Virus record (IMG/VR): IMGVR_UViG_3300032270_001941
Coordinates: 1-30,547 of that record
Strand: one strand, 5' to 3'
Source of the DNA: a virus
Lineage: Duplodnaviria; Caudoviricetes
Length of the DNA: 30,547 bases
The notes under the pieces are model-generated. The model saw only the letters and a program-made list of their open reading frames with translations, did not search any database and was not told the DNA's origin. Position 1 is the first letter of the stretch, and each line of letters opens with the position of its first letter. Shown here piece after piece: positions 1 through 8,628 of the stretch. Made by a program: the position numbers and the translations under genes.

Positions 1-615
1 CACGGGAACGAGTGAAGTTATGGAGCCATCGTTAAAAGGAACATAGTCAGTTCCGACGTAGTTCCAAGCCATTGTGTATGTCGTGCCTGCTGTCAGTTGC
101 ACCTCACGAGTTATCCATGCCGCGTCTGTCGGTGTACCTCCGCCATTGCCAGATGCTTGCGCCTGCGATGTAAGCATGTTTTTAATTTCTGTTACCGAGC
201 CAGCCGAAAGACTTAAAGCACTTACCGCTTGGTCAAAAGTTTGTTCACCTTTGGGTTGAAGTAGAACAGCGTTTGTTCCGTTATTGGGTGAGAATGTCAA
301 ACTTCCAGAAGCAACCGCTGGTGCGTAATACTCGCTGGACGGGCTTCCAACAGCACCCCTAGAACCGTGAGTGAAAGTCCGAGAACCAGTAAAAATGGTT
401 ACACCACTACCGTTACCAGTGATGGTGTTGCCCAATGTCCCAGACTGGCTTCCCTTGCTCCAGCCCGTAAAGGTTCCGTCCTCGAATCCAGCATTAGGGA
501 AAGAATCAGCCCGAACCGGCGAAGAGAAGCCAAAAATTGACAGAAGAAGGAAGAACACCGAAGGTACGGCCATGATGGCTGCGGGCTTGTTAAAGCGACG
601 ACGACTACGGAACAT
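1..615 (-). CDS. Secreted/surface protein with signal peptide, possible carbohydrate-binding-like domain (3' end runs off the window)
   Basis: Missing from the ORF track; translated by hand from ATG 615 and open to base 1: MFRSRRRFNKPAAIMAVPSVFFLLLSIFGFSSPVRA-DSFPNAGFEDGTFTGWSKG. Basic n-region, hydrophobic h-region, VRA cleavage site, NxGFExG motif; GGAGG just upstream. Confidence 0.8.
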   Translation of the reverse strand, partial: MFRSRRRFNKPAAIMAVPSVFFLLLSIFGFSSPVRADSFPNAGFEDGTFTGWSKGSQSGTLGNTITGNGSGVTIFTGSRTFTHGSRGAVGSPSSEYYAPAVASGSLTFSPNNGTNAVLLQPKGEQTFDQAVSALSLSAGSVTEIKNMLTSQAQASGNGGGTPTDAAWITREVQLTAGTTYTMAWNYVGTDYVPFNDGSITSLVPV

Positions 616-765
616 TTAGCCTCCAGAAAAAATACCTCCAATTCTAGCATTTTTTGGTTCTTATTTTTAAAACCAAATAAATCAAGTGTTAACAAATTTG
701 TCTTTCCTTGTCAAAGTTGTTAATGGGGTAAGATTTATCAAACTCATTTTTTATAAGGAGAGCGC

Positions 766-1761
766 ATGGCCGGCGCAGGCATAAGACTTTTTGAAGCTGG
801 ATCAATTTTGACGGCTAACCAAGTGAACACGTACCTGATGGATCAGGTTGTTGCTCGTTTTGCAACTGCCGTAGCAAGAGATGCCGCTTTTGGTTCTCCT
901 GGTCAGCCAGCTCTAGCAGAAGGGCGACTTTGCTACCTTGACTCAACAAACAAGGTTTATATCTACACAGGAAGCGCGTGGGAGGAAATTGGCTCCCAGA
1001 TAGAAGCTGGAGAAGTAGGCGAAACAGAACTGGCCAACAACGCTGTTACCAGCGCAAAAATTGCAAATGGAACGATTTTGAATGAGGACATTAGTTCAAG
1101 CGCTTCAATTGCACTATCTAAACTGGCAACTGGCGCACTTCCAACTGACATAACTGTTGCTTCAGCAAACATAGTCAATGGAACTATTGTCGATGCTGAC
1201 ATCAGTTCGTCAGCTGCAATAGCTGACACAAAACTAGCGACAATCTCAACCGCCAGTAAAGTATCAAATTCTGCTACAACGGCTACGTCGGCAAATACAA
1301 ACTCGGCAATTGTTGCACGTGACTCTTCTGGAAATTTCGTAGCAGGCAAGGCAACTCTTTCAACAGTGGATGTTGCAACAGTCATAGAGACAGCAACAAT
1401 AAGTGCATCCGCGGCAACTGGAACAATAAACATAGACTTCAGCACAAATCCAACCGTTTACTACACTGTTTCGGCAACAAATGATTGGACAATAAATATT
1501 CGTGGTACTTCAGGAACCACATTGAATAGCGTTCTGTCAACTGGTCAAATTGCTACAGTTACTTTTCTTGCAACAATAGGCGCAACACAAAAAAGACCAA
1601 CAGTATTTCAGGTTGATGGATCCGCTGTCACACCCAAGTGGATGGGTGGAACTGCACCAACTTCTGGCAATGCTAGTTCTATTGATGTGTATACAATTAC
1701 AGTCATAAAAACTGGCAATGCCGCATTTACCATGCTTGCGGGTCAGACTAGATTCGCATAA
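766..1761 (+). CDS. Phage minor tail/fibre protein
   Basis: AAGGAG RBS; N-terminus MAGAG..F.AG..LTA..VNTYLM.Q resembles phage minor tail proteins; I.N..I...DISSSA.IA..K shaft repeats; C-terminal beta domain ending KW.GG.APT...IDVY...QTRFA. Confidence 0.75.
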   Translation: MAGAGIRLFEAGSILTANQVNTYLMDQVVARFATAVARDAAFGSPGQPALAEGRLCYLDSTNKVYIYTGSAWEEIGSQIEAGEVGETELANNAVTSAKIANGTILNEDISSSASIALSKLATGALPTDITVASANIVNGTIVDADISSSAAIADTKLATISTASKVSNSATTATSANTNSAIVARDSSGNFVAGKATLSTVDVATVIETATISASAATGTINIDFSTNPTVYYTVSATNDWTINIRGTSGTTLNSVLSTGQIATVTFLATIGATQKRPTVFQVDGSAVTPKWMGGTAPTSGNASSIDVYTITVIKTGNAAFTMLAGQTRFA

Positions 1762-1767
1762 TAAGAC

Positions 1768-2565
1768 ATGCCTTTTCTAAATCGTATTGGCAGTGGTGCA
1801 ATCAATAAATTTGGTTTCCGTTTAACTTTTGCCCCCGGAATACCAACTTTAGTAACAGCAAGTCTCCCATCAACATATGGGAATACAACTGCCTCAGTTA
1901 GCTGGACGGCCCCATTAACTCTCGGTAGCCCATTATTTAATGACTACAGTATTCAGTATTCAAGCAATGGTGGATCAACTTGGACAACATTTACGCATGC
2001 TGCTTCCATAGCTACATCAATAACCGTAACTGGATTGACCAATGGAACTGAATACATATTTAGGGTTGCGGCTGCAAACATAATTGGAATTGGTGTATAT
2101 TCTTCGTCTTCGAACGCGGTTACTCCTCTATACGGAAAACTGCCAACCCCGATTGTGTCAGATATTGCGGAAACAACATCTACCGTCCCTCTGTGCTACG
2201 ACAACTACGATGCTTCGTACACATATAACTATTACAACTATAATTTTGCTCCTAACGATATTTCTGGATCGTGTCAAGGTTGGACAGGTCTTGGATACGA
2301 TCAATTTAGAGAAACTTACGTTTACGTTTCTAAAGCTGGTTGGGCTAATTCTGACTCCATTTATCTATCTGAAACCTCACAACCAGAGCCACCACCATCT
2401 TTCCCTGTAGACCCAGGTTTCCCTGTAGACCCAGGATTCCCTATAGATCCAGGATTCCCTATAGACCCAGGATTCCCTGTGTGTCCGGATTGCGACGGAA
2501 AACCATGCTGCGGATCATGCTTCCCAGATCCGAAGAGCGGATCAAACCCTCCAGTATGTATATAA
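1768..2565 (+). CDS. FN3-domain protein with FP(V/I)DPG repeat tail and six-Cys C-terminus; putative virion appendage tip
   Basis: FN3 signature VSWTAP...YSIQYS...TVTGLTNGTEYIFRVAA.N..G; tail FPVDPG x2, FPIDPG x2, then CPDCDGKPCCGSC...C. Paralogue of 28986..30032. Confidence 0.85.
   Translation: MPFLNRIGSGAINKFGFRLTFAPGIPTLVTASLPSTYGNTTASVSWTAPLTLGSPLFNDYSIQYSSNGGSTWTTFTHAASIATSITVTGLTNGTEYIFRVAAANIIGIGVYSSSSNAVTPLYGKLPTPIVSDIAETTSTVPLCYDNYDASYTYNYYNYNFAPNDISGSCQGWTGLGYDQFRETYVYVSKAGWANSDSIYLSETSQPEPPPSFPVDPGFPVDPGFPIDPGFPIDPGFPVCPDCDGKPCCGSCFPDPKSGSNPPVCI
2401..2481 (+). repeat. 18-bp coding tandem repeat, FP(V/I)DPG x4.5
   Basis: ttccct(g/a)taga(c/t)ccagg(t/a) repeated, read directly. Confidence 0.95.
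2462..2538 (+). repeat. Left arm of long-range inverted repeat (partner 29013..29089)
   Basis: 76/77 nt identical to the reverse complement of 29013..29089 by manual alignment; single mismatch at 2488. Confidence 0.9.
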
Positions 2566-2616
2566 TCGATCTAATATCTACAAAATCAATAAAAATAAGA
2601 AAGGATTACATAAATT

Positions 2617-3066
2617 ATGAGTAGCACAGATTGGGAACCCATAACCCCAAACCTCGATACGACCGAGGACGTATGGTTGCAGTGGTGGTTTAACATGGAG
2701 CAAAAGTGGGGGGAAATAGGAACCCCAGGTATTTCTAGGATATCAAGCCCTGTAAGGTGGGAGAGGGTTTTTGGGCATAACGAATTTGAAAACGTAGAGT
2801 GGTATTTTTACAGAGATGAAGAAGGTCACTTGCTCGCCGTCTATGCGTATTTCATGCGTGATGGTCAGCCAAAACCCTTTATCCTGAACACACACCCCGA
2901 CCACATGCGAAAAGGAATTGCAACAGCGCTGGTCGATAGGTCGCTTGATGATTTCGGACCTGGTTTTGATTTTAAAGAAAATACTAAAAACATGGACGTT
3001 TCAGAATCTGCTGCAAATTGGGGAAATAAATATATAAAAAACAAACTTGGAATTGAAACAACTTAG
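2617..3066 (+). CDS. GNAT-family N-acetyltransferase
   Basis: Acetyl-CoA binding motif A-like segment ILNTHPDHMRKGIATALV; 149 aa. Confidence 0.7.
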   Translation: MSSTDWEPITPNLDTTEDVWLQWWFNMEQKWGEIGTPGISRISSPVRWERVFGHNEFENVEWYFYRDEEGHLLAVYAYFMRDGQPKPFILNTHPDHMRKGIATALVDRSLDDFGPGFDFKENTKNMDVSESAANWGNKYIKNKLGIETT

Positions 3067-3085
3067 TAGCAAGAAGGATTTTAAA

Positions 3086-3331
3086 ATGACCGCATGGGAA
3101 GAGTACAAGAAAAAGCGAGCACAAGATCTTCAGGGTGGCGCTCAAGTTAGACCTACTGATTTGTTAAATAGAAATAATCACACAGGTGATGATGTCGCCG
3201 ATGCAAGAATGGCAATATGTTACGAGTGCCCAAGCTTGATACAAATCACCAATCAGTGCAGGGAGTGCGGGTGTTTCATGAAACTTAAAACAAAACTTGC
3301 AGCAGCTGTTTGCCCTATTGGTAAATGGTAG
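3086..3331 (+). CDS. Small Cys-rich, probably metal-binding protein (DUF6171-like)
   Basis: R..IC..CP.L.....QC..CGCF...K......CP.GKW pattern; start moved to ATG 3086 behind AAGAAGGA. Confidence 0.7.
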   Translation: MTAWEEYKKKRAQDLQGGAQVRPTDLLNRNNHTGDDVADARMAICYECPSLIQITNQCRECGCFMKLKTKLAAAVCPIGKW

Positions 3332-4663
3332 ATGATAACTAAAGACTTGTTGTTTGAACTTCCAGAACCCTTATCGGAGCCAAAAATTGTTAAAAATTTT
3401 TTTACCGATGAGATGTTCGGTCGCGTAAAAAGTGTAATTGATAAAACAGGCCTCGGTACTGATTCATTAAAATATCATACGATGTACGCCAGATGGGAGG
3501 CATCTTCAATAGTTTTTGATGAAGATATTGAAGAATATTGTTTGCAAAAAGCTAAAGAAATATTTAATGACAATACATTAAAAAAAACTTATTTTTTTGC
3601 AACCAGATATCAAAGAAGGGATTGCTGTGTGCCCCATCTTTGGGAACACGTAGATCAAAATGGAACACAAACAACTATCGATATAACAATTGAAAATACC
3701 GCTGGTTGGGGGATTAGCGTGGAGGGGCTGGAGTTCGAGCAAAACCCTAATGACGCAGTTGTTTTCTGTGGTCAACAGCACACGCACTCTCGTCCACCTT
3801 ACCCAACAAAAGATTTGGATAAATACGTTACAGTTTTATTCTTGCATTTTACGCAGCCAAATCACTGGATGCAAAAAGAAAAAGGTGGAATTGCCAAGTA
3901 CGGCAGTGATGGGAATATTAGATTTTTTAATCGTAATAGATTCCTACCGCTTCCTGACGGTCCGATAAACCAGCCGATGTGCGAATGTCACAACTACTGG
4001 CACATGGTAGACCTATACAAGACAATCGTTGGTGATGCAGTATATTCAGATCCAGAATTAGTAGACACAAAAATAATTGATGAAAACGAAATTGCTCCAG
4101 GAATCGTTGAATATCGAATATCAAAAGAATCATCTAGAATCCTTAAAGGGCTAATCCAAAACTCGGTTTATCACCAATGGAAACCTGCTGAAGTTTTATA
4201 TAAAAACAATGGTGCAAAAGTTGACCCAGATGTAAGAAGTTGCTTTGTTTACTATATGAACGAGAAGGAATCATCTTGCCATCCACAAGATCCAATTAGA
4301 AGAGCAAAAGAGTCATTGCAGACAATAATGAGTTCCGCCGTTGAGATGTACCGAAAAAGATACGATATTGTAAATTTAAAATCAACAAATACATTGCTTT
4401 TAAGGTACGAAGAGGGTGATGGTTTTATAAATCACATTGACGATCACCCAACCATGCCGAGGGTTGTTTCTGTTTCAATGTTTTTAAATGACAACTTTGA
4501 TGGCGGTGAATTAGAATTTAAAGAATTTGGATTAAAAATTACACCAGAATCCGGAAAGATAGTTATTTTTTGTTCTGCATTTCCTTACTCTCATAAAGTA
4601 AACCCAGTTTTAAAAGGGATAAGATACGCTGCTGTTAAATGGTACGAATTCGCAAAGGCGTAA
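3332..4663 (+). CDS. Tandem two-domain Fe(II)/2OG oxygenase
   Basis: Domain 1: HVD...HSR...LFLHF. Domain 2, P4H-like: HID...FLNDNFDGGELEF...HKVNPVLKGIRY. Confidence 0.8.
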   Translation: MITKDLLFELPEPLSEPKIVKNFFTDEMFGRVKSVIDKTGLGTDSLKYHTMYARWEASSIVFDEDIEEYCLQKAKEIFNDNTLKKTYFFATRYQRRDCCVPHLWEHVDQNGTQTTIDITIENTAGWGISVEGLEFEQNPNDAVVFCGQQHTHSRPPYPTKDLDKYVTVLFLHFTQPNHWMQKEKGGIAKYGSDGNIRFFNRNRFLPLPDGPINQPMCECHNYWHMVDLYKTIVGDAVYSDPELVDTKIIDENEIAPGIVEYRISKESSRILKGLIQNSVYHQWKPAEVLYKNNGAKVDPDVRSCFVYYMNEKESSCHPQDPIRRAKESLQTIMSSAVEMYRKRYDIVNLKSTNTLLLRYEEGDGFINHIDDHPTMPRVVSVSMFLNDNFDGGELEFKEFGLKITPESGKIVIFCSAFPYSHKVNPVLKGIRYAAVKWYEFAKA

Positions 4664-4665
4664 CA

Positions 4666-5358
4666 ATGGAGCATCAGTCGGTTGGCGACCCAAGATTTGG
4701 GATTTCCATATATAAAACTGAATTAAAAGAACACATAAGCACACTTATAGAGTGCGAGCTATCAACATCTAGTGATAAGTATTTTAAATGGACTCCAGCA
4801 ACTGTTGGTTACTTTGAAACACCTAGACCAGACTACAGGAAATGTTGGGATTGCAAAATAGGAAATCAGCACATAGGTGTAATGCCTCTTGAGCTTGAAT
4901 ACATCTACACTGAAGTATCAGCGACAGTTAGATCATGTGTTGAAGACTACAGAAAAAAACAAAACATACACCCGATGGAATACATGGAAGCAATAAATTT
5001 TATAAAGTATGGAGTTGGTGAACATTTTGCACCACACAACGACCACGGACTTACTTATGTTTCTACGATTTCAACTGTAACTTATTTTAACAATAATTAC
5101 GAAGGTGGCGAATTAGAGTTTTCAAAATTAGGATATAAAATAAAACCAGAACCTGGTGACGTTGTGGTTTTTCCGTCTACGTATATATACACGCACTCAT
5201 CTCTTCCAGTTACCTCTGGTGTTAAGTATGCAGCAGTTACGATGTTCGACTATACGGATAAATGGCATAAATTTCATGCAGCAAAAGATCCAAACGAAAA
5301 TATCCCAAGGATCGAAACTCCAGACGTACTCTGCGGAAATTTTGACAAAATAAATTAA
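4666..5358 (+). CDS. Prolyl-4-hydroxylase-like Fe(II)/2OG oxygenase
   Basis: HND...YFNNNYEGGELEF...HSSLPVTSGVKY; ATG 4666 directly follows the upstream stop; paralogue of 16120..16773. Confidence 0.85.
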   Translation: MEHQSVGDPRFGISIYKTELKEHISTLIECELSTSSDKYFKWTPATVGYFETPRPDYRKCWDCKIGNQHIGVMPLELEYIYTEVSATVRSCVEDYRKKQNIHPMEYMEAINFIKYGVGEHFAPHNDHGLTYVSTISTVTYFNNNYEGGELEFSKLGYKIKPEPGDVVVFPSTYIYTHSSLPVTSGVKYAAVTMFDYTDKWHKFHAAKDPNENIPRIETPDVLCGNFDKIN

Positions 5359-5363
5359 TTGAA

Positions 5364-6338
5364 TTAGTAGCTTTTACCATCACCAATCATTCCATCGTCG
5401 CCTTCTAGATTGCGATTTGAATATATTGGGTTGTCTGAATCAACTTTGCTGTTGTACTTGGCTGCGTAATCCCAGTAGTCGTCATATATTGAATCGATCC
5501 AATGGGGTTTGCACCAGTCATCCATTTCGTTCGGCTCCACTACTTCAATTCTGACATTTACATCAGGGCTGCCCTGTGAGTAGAACTCTAGATATGCATA
5601 CCTAATTCCATCTGTAACTTCCCTCACGCCGTGCGAAGCCACAAAGTTGGTGGGGAATATTACGATGTCTCCAGCTTTTGCTGACACATCTATGTCTAAA
5701 TATGGGAAGTAAAGTTCTCCACCCATATAATTAGTGCCGTCAAGTTTTTCTTTTGCATCGACGCAATCGTTTATATACAAAAGCGCAGCAAGGCTTTGAC
5801 GTGAACCGAGCTGACCATATGGGACATACCTCTTGCCTCCAGTTGCCCTGTAGTTAGTGTCATTATCGTTGTGCAGTCCAAGAAATGTTCCCTTGTCGTA
5901 CCTGAGAATATGTCCCCTATTCCTCCACCAAAGAGTTCCGAGCACTAATGGGTATTCATCTATGTACCTAATTAGACATTTGTATATTGCGCGCTCCCAG
6001 TCTTGGAACAGCTGAACCATCTCTTCTTCTGTGTCCTGCTCAACTGGCTGAAGAACTCTAACAGGAACCATCTCAGCTTGTTCTATGGTGAACTTATTGC
6101 CATCTTCGTTCTCTGCATAACGAACACCATTTTTGTCGGTCTTATATTTCCATCTCTGTTCGTGAGCTTTCTTGCCGCGCGCATCAATCCATTTTGAAAC
6201 TTTTGGAAAATCAACTTCAAATACGTTCTTGAAACGTAGTACAGCACCACCGTGATTTTCAAATTTGAGATTGCTTATCCCAAGCATCTCCTCTTGTGAT
6301 AAAGGGATGCTTACAGCGTCGTATCTGCTTTGGTTCAT
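5364..6338 (-). CDS. Prolyl-4-hydroxylase-like Fe(II)/2OG oxygenase
   Basis: HND...LYIND...GGELYF...HGVREVTDGIRY. Confidence 0.85.
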   Translation of the reverse strand: MNQSRYDAVSIPLSQEEMLGISNLKFENHGGAVLRFKNVFEVDFPKVSKWIDARGKKAHEQRWKYKTDKNGVRYAENEDGNKFTIEQAEMVPVRVLQPVEQDTEEEMVQLFQDWERAIYKCLIRYIDEYPLVLGTLWWRNRGHILRYDKGTFLGLHNDNDTNYRATGGKRYVPYGQLGSRQSLAALLYINDCVDAKEKLDGTNYMGGELYFPYLDIDVSAKAGDIVIFPTNFVASHGVREVTDGIRYAYLEFYSQGSPDVNVRIEVVEPNEMDDWCKPHWIDSIYDDYWDYAAKYNSKVDSDNPIYSNRNLEGDDGMIGDGKSY

Positions 6339-6342
6339 GCCT

Positions 6343-7275
6343 TTATTCTAGATACGAATCAATGTGTCTGGATATCGCTTCTAGTGAAATATCTATTCCA
6401 CTACGTTGATGCTTATTCGGCCAAGGCTTGTCGCCTTGTTCTGACTTGTCGTCGCCAGTTGAGTCAAGGACAGGGTTATGGTCTCTTCGTCCATCTTCCG
6501 TATACTTCTCAGCAATCCATGGGAAAGTTACTCCAAATTGATCCCTCTCACCAAGAAGGAATCCATTTGCAAAACGTTTTACTTTTGTTCCAGTTCTATC
6601 GATAAGAAACTTTTCGAAGTTTCCTCTAAGCGGAGTATAGGTCTTGAATCCTTTGCCCATAGGGTTTTCAATGTTTGCATTAGACCATGGTACGTATTCG
6701 TACTGGAATGGGATTCCATCTTCCCTAATATCTGCGGCGTATGCGCCAGTCAGATAGTTCCACAACTCATGCTGTTCTTGTTCTTTAACTGCTCCTGGAG
6801 CATAGTCTGAGTCGTATTTATGCTTGTCGTATCTTCCGTTTGTCAATTCAGAAAATTCATAAGTTGAACCGAAATTGTCAGCAGCGTACTTCTTGGAGAC
6901 CATACCTGGGGTTAGGTCAAGGTTCAACCTATCTATATATGCCTGTATCCCATCCTGGAATTCAGGATAACCATGACAAACAAAATCGTCTACAACTATT
7001 GCCAAGATATTAAAGTCATCGTTTTCTTTGTATTTTTGATTCAACTCTTCAAGCACGCTATGTTGAGGGATATTCCCACATCCTGCAGCAACATTAAAAA
7101 TTAAGGTGACCTTACCTTTTTGTCCTTCAAGTATGTTCTTTTTTTTGCCGTCTGCCGAAGAAACCTGTAGGTCATATATGGATACAGGCAAAACGACTTC
7201 CTCTATCTCCGAATTGAGAACCTGGTTTTTATTCTCCTCAGTAAGGTTTTCTGGGATATATTGTGATTTAGCCAT
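6343..7275 (-). CDS. Glutathione peroxidase-fold protein, atypical and extended
   Basis: KGKVTLIFNVAAGCG (cf. GKV.L.VN.AS.CG) and NFEKFLIDRTG; the FPCNQF motif is replaced by VVDDF. Confidence 0.75.
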   Translation of the reverse strand: MAKSQYIPENLTEENKNQVLNSEIEEVVLPVSIYDLQVSSADGKKKNILEGQKGKVTLIFNVAAGCGNIPQHSVLEELNQKYKENDDFNILAIVVDDFVCHGYPEFQDGIQAYIDRLNLDLTPGMVSKKYAADNFGSTYEFSELTNGRYDKHKYDSDYAPGAVKEQEQHELWNYLTGAYAADIREDGIPFQYEYVPWSNANIENPMGKGFKTYTPLRGNFEKFLIDRTGTKVKRFANGFLLGERDQFGVTFPWIAEKYTEDGRRDHNPVLDSTGDDKSEQGDKPWPNKHQRSGIDISLEAISRHIDSYLE

Positions 7276-7281
7276 GCATAC

Positions 7282-7292
7282 ATATTGTCACA
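7282..7292 (-). promoter_or_regulatory. Putative extended -10 element for a leaderless transcript
   Basis: Minus strand TGTGA-CAATAT, 6 nt, then ATG 7275; no SD. Confidence 0.45.
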
Positions 7293-7308
7293 TTTTTACT
7301 GGATCCAT

Positions 7309-7884
7309 ATGAAGGCTGTTTCGTCTGACGGTTTTAGTTTCTCGGAGTTAGGCATTCCTGACAGCGGTGTCTATCTGGTAAATGGGCTAATGTCCAAATC
7401 CGATACAAGTGAGGCACTTGAGGATATTTTAAGAAATCCAGATTCATATTCGGTTTCAGGATCAGAATCACACGGGTTTGACACTGTAAGAATTACCAGT
7501 GAAAACATAGATTCTGCAAGAAAAATAATCTATAGGCTGGAGCAAGTGTTATCGGAAATTTTTAAACAAGAATTTAAACCTGTGATTTTGCCAGACATCA
7601 GAACTTCTATAAAAGTTCAAAAGACTGGACAGTCTCACCCTATTCACAGCGACTGCCACGAAGATACTGAGTCAGGAGAGGAATCCGGAACAAATGTTGT
7701 TTATTCTGCGATATTTTGTCTTTCAGATGACTACGTCGGTGGCGAAGTCGCATTCCCTAATGAAGGAGTGGAAATAAAGTTAGATGCCGGTTCTGCTCTC
7801 CTGTATCCATCATCTGATCACTGGCACGAAGTAAAGAACGTCTCTGCAGGAACCCGTTATTCTTTTCTTACTTTTTGGGAATAA
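7309..7884 (+). CDS. Prolyl-4-hydroxylase-like Fe(II)/2OG oxygenase
   Basis: HSD...LSDDYVGGEVAF...HEVKNVSAGTRY; ATG 7309 preferred to TTG 7285. Confidence 0.85.
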   Translation: MKAVSSDGFSFSELGIPDSGVYLVNGLMSKSDTSEALEDILRNPDSYSVSGSESHGFDTVRITSENIDSARKIIYRLEQVLSEIFKQEFKPVILPDIRTSIKVQKTGQSHPIHSDCHEDTESGEESGTNVVYSAIFCLSDDYVGGEVAFPNEGVEIKLDAGSALLYPSSDHWHEVKNVSAGTRYSFLTFWE

Positions 7885-7887
7885 GGA

Positions 7888-8628
7888 TTAATTCAATTTA
7901 CCAACAGGCACGTATGCCGATTGAGCGTTCCCAACTTCGGCCCTTAACTGGTTGAATTTTTCATAATGACCAGTTGAATTTTTATCGCCACCTTGACAAA
8001 ACCATTGTAAGTAGGCATATCGTATTCCAGATTTGATTTCCTCGACCTCGTGGCATCCAGCAAAAGACGAAGGGTACATCACCACGGAAAGTGTTTTGCT
8101 CCGCACCGTTATTCCCCATTGTCTAAACCTAAGGTTTCCACCCTCAAAATCATCGTTTAGAAACAAACCAGCAGTTATGGTGTTGAATAAAGCAAATTGA
8201 TTTATTGGATTGCCATCGGAGTCATATGGTATTGCGCTATCAGAATGCGGACCTATGTTTTGACCCTTTTCATATTTTATTAAATATCCGTTTGTTTTCC
8301 ATTTAACAGAATCGATAACACATGGAAAAAGTCTGCAATATTCCACAAGACACAAATAAAGTGATTCATTCATCTTGTCAATAAACAATCTGTCAGAATC
8401 GGGCATGCCGTCGTATATGAGACTCATAAATCGACTCGGAGACGGATTGTCTAGCACATCGAATCTATAGCCTCCATCATTTTCTACAACATCTTCAGAT
8501 ATGTTTTTATAGTTTTGATTTGGAGTGTTTAATTCTGTATTTTTGATAAATGATTCAATTTCAAAGCTAGAAGCATTAATTGCATTATCAAATAGCACGA
8601 CTCCGTTACCAAGATGAGTTGTGTCCAT
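7888..8628 (-). CDS. Prolyl-4-hydroxylase-like Fe(II)/2OG oxygenase
   Basis: HSD...FLNDDFEGGNLRF...HEVEEIKSGIRY; TAATG overlap with the upstream gene places the start at 8628. Confidence 0.85.
   Translation of the reverse strand: MDTTHLGNGVVLFDNAINASSFEIESFIKNTELNTPNQNYKNISEDVVENDGGYRFDVLDNPSPSRFMSLIYDGMPDSDRLFIDKMNESLYLCLVEYCRLFPCVIDSVKWKTNGYLIKYEKGQNIGPHSDSAIPYDSDGNPINQFALFNTITAGLFLNDDFEGGNLRFRQWGITVRSKTLSVVMYPSSFAGCHEVEEIKSGIRYAYLQWFCQGGDKNSTGHYEKFNQLRAEVGNAQSAYVPVGKLN

Noticed and set aside
74-695. Track ORFs 74..259, 371..619 and 399..695
   Set aside because: They overlap the better supported minus-strand gene 615..1, which has an RBS and a signal peptide.
963-1445. 160-aa minus-strand ORF and other short ORFs nested in enzyme genes
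   Set aside because: Fully contained in, or antisense to, genes with recognisable motifs, and show no motifs of their own.
2401-2481. CRISPR array
   Set aside because: Contiguous 18-bp in-frame coding units without spacers; no cas genes.
5359-5363. Intrinsic terminator at the convergence of the two arms
   Set aside because: Only 5 bp separate the stop codons and no GC-rich stem with a U tract is visible.
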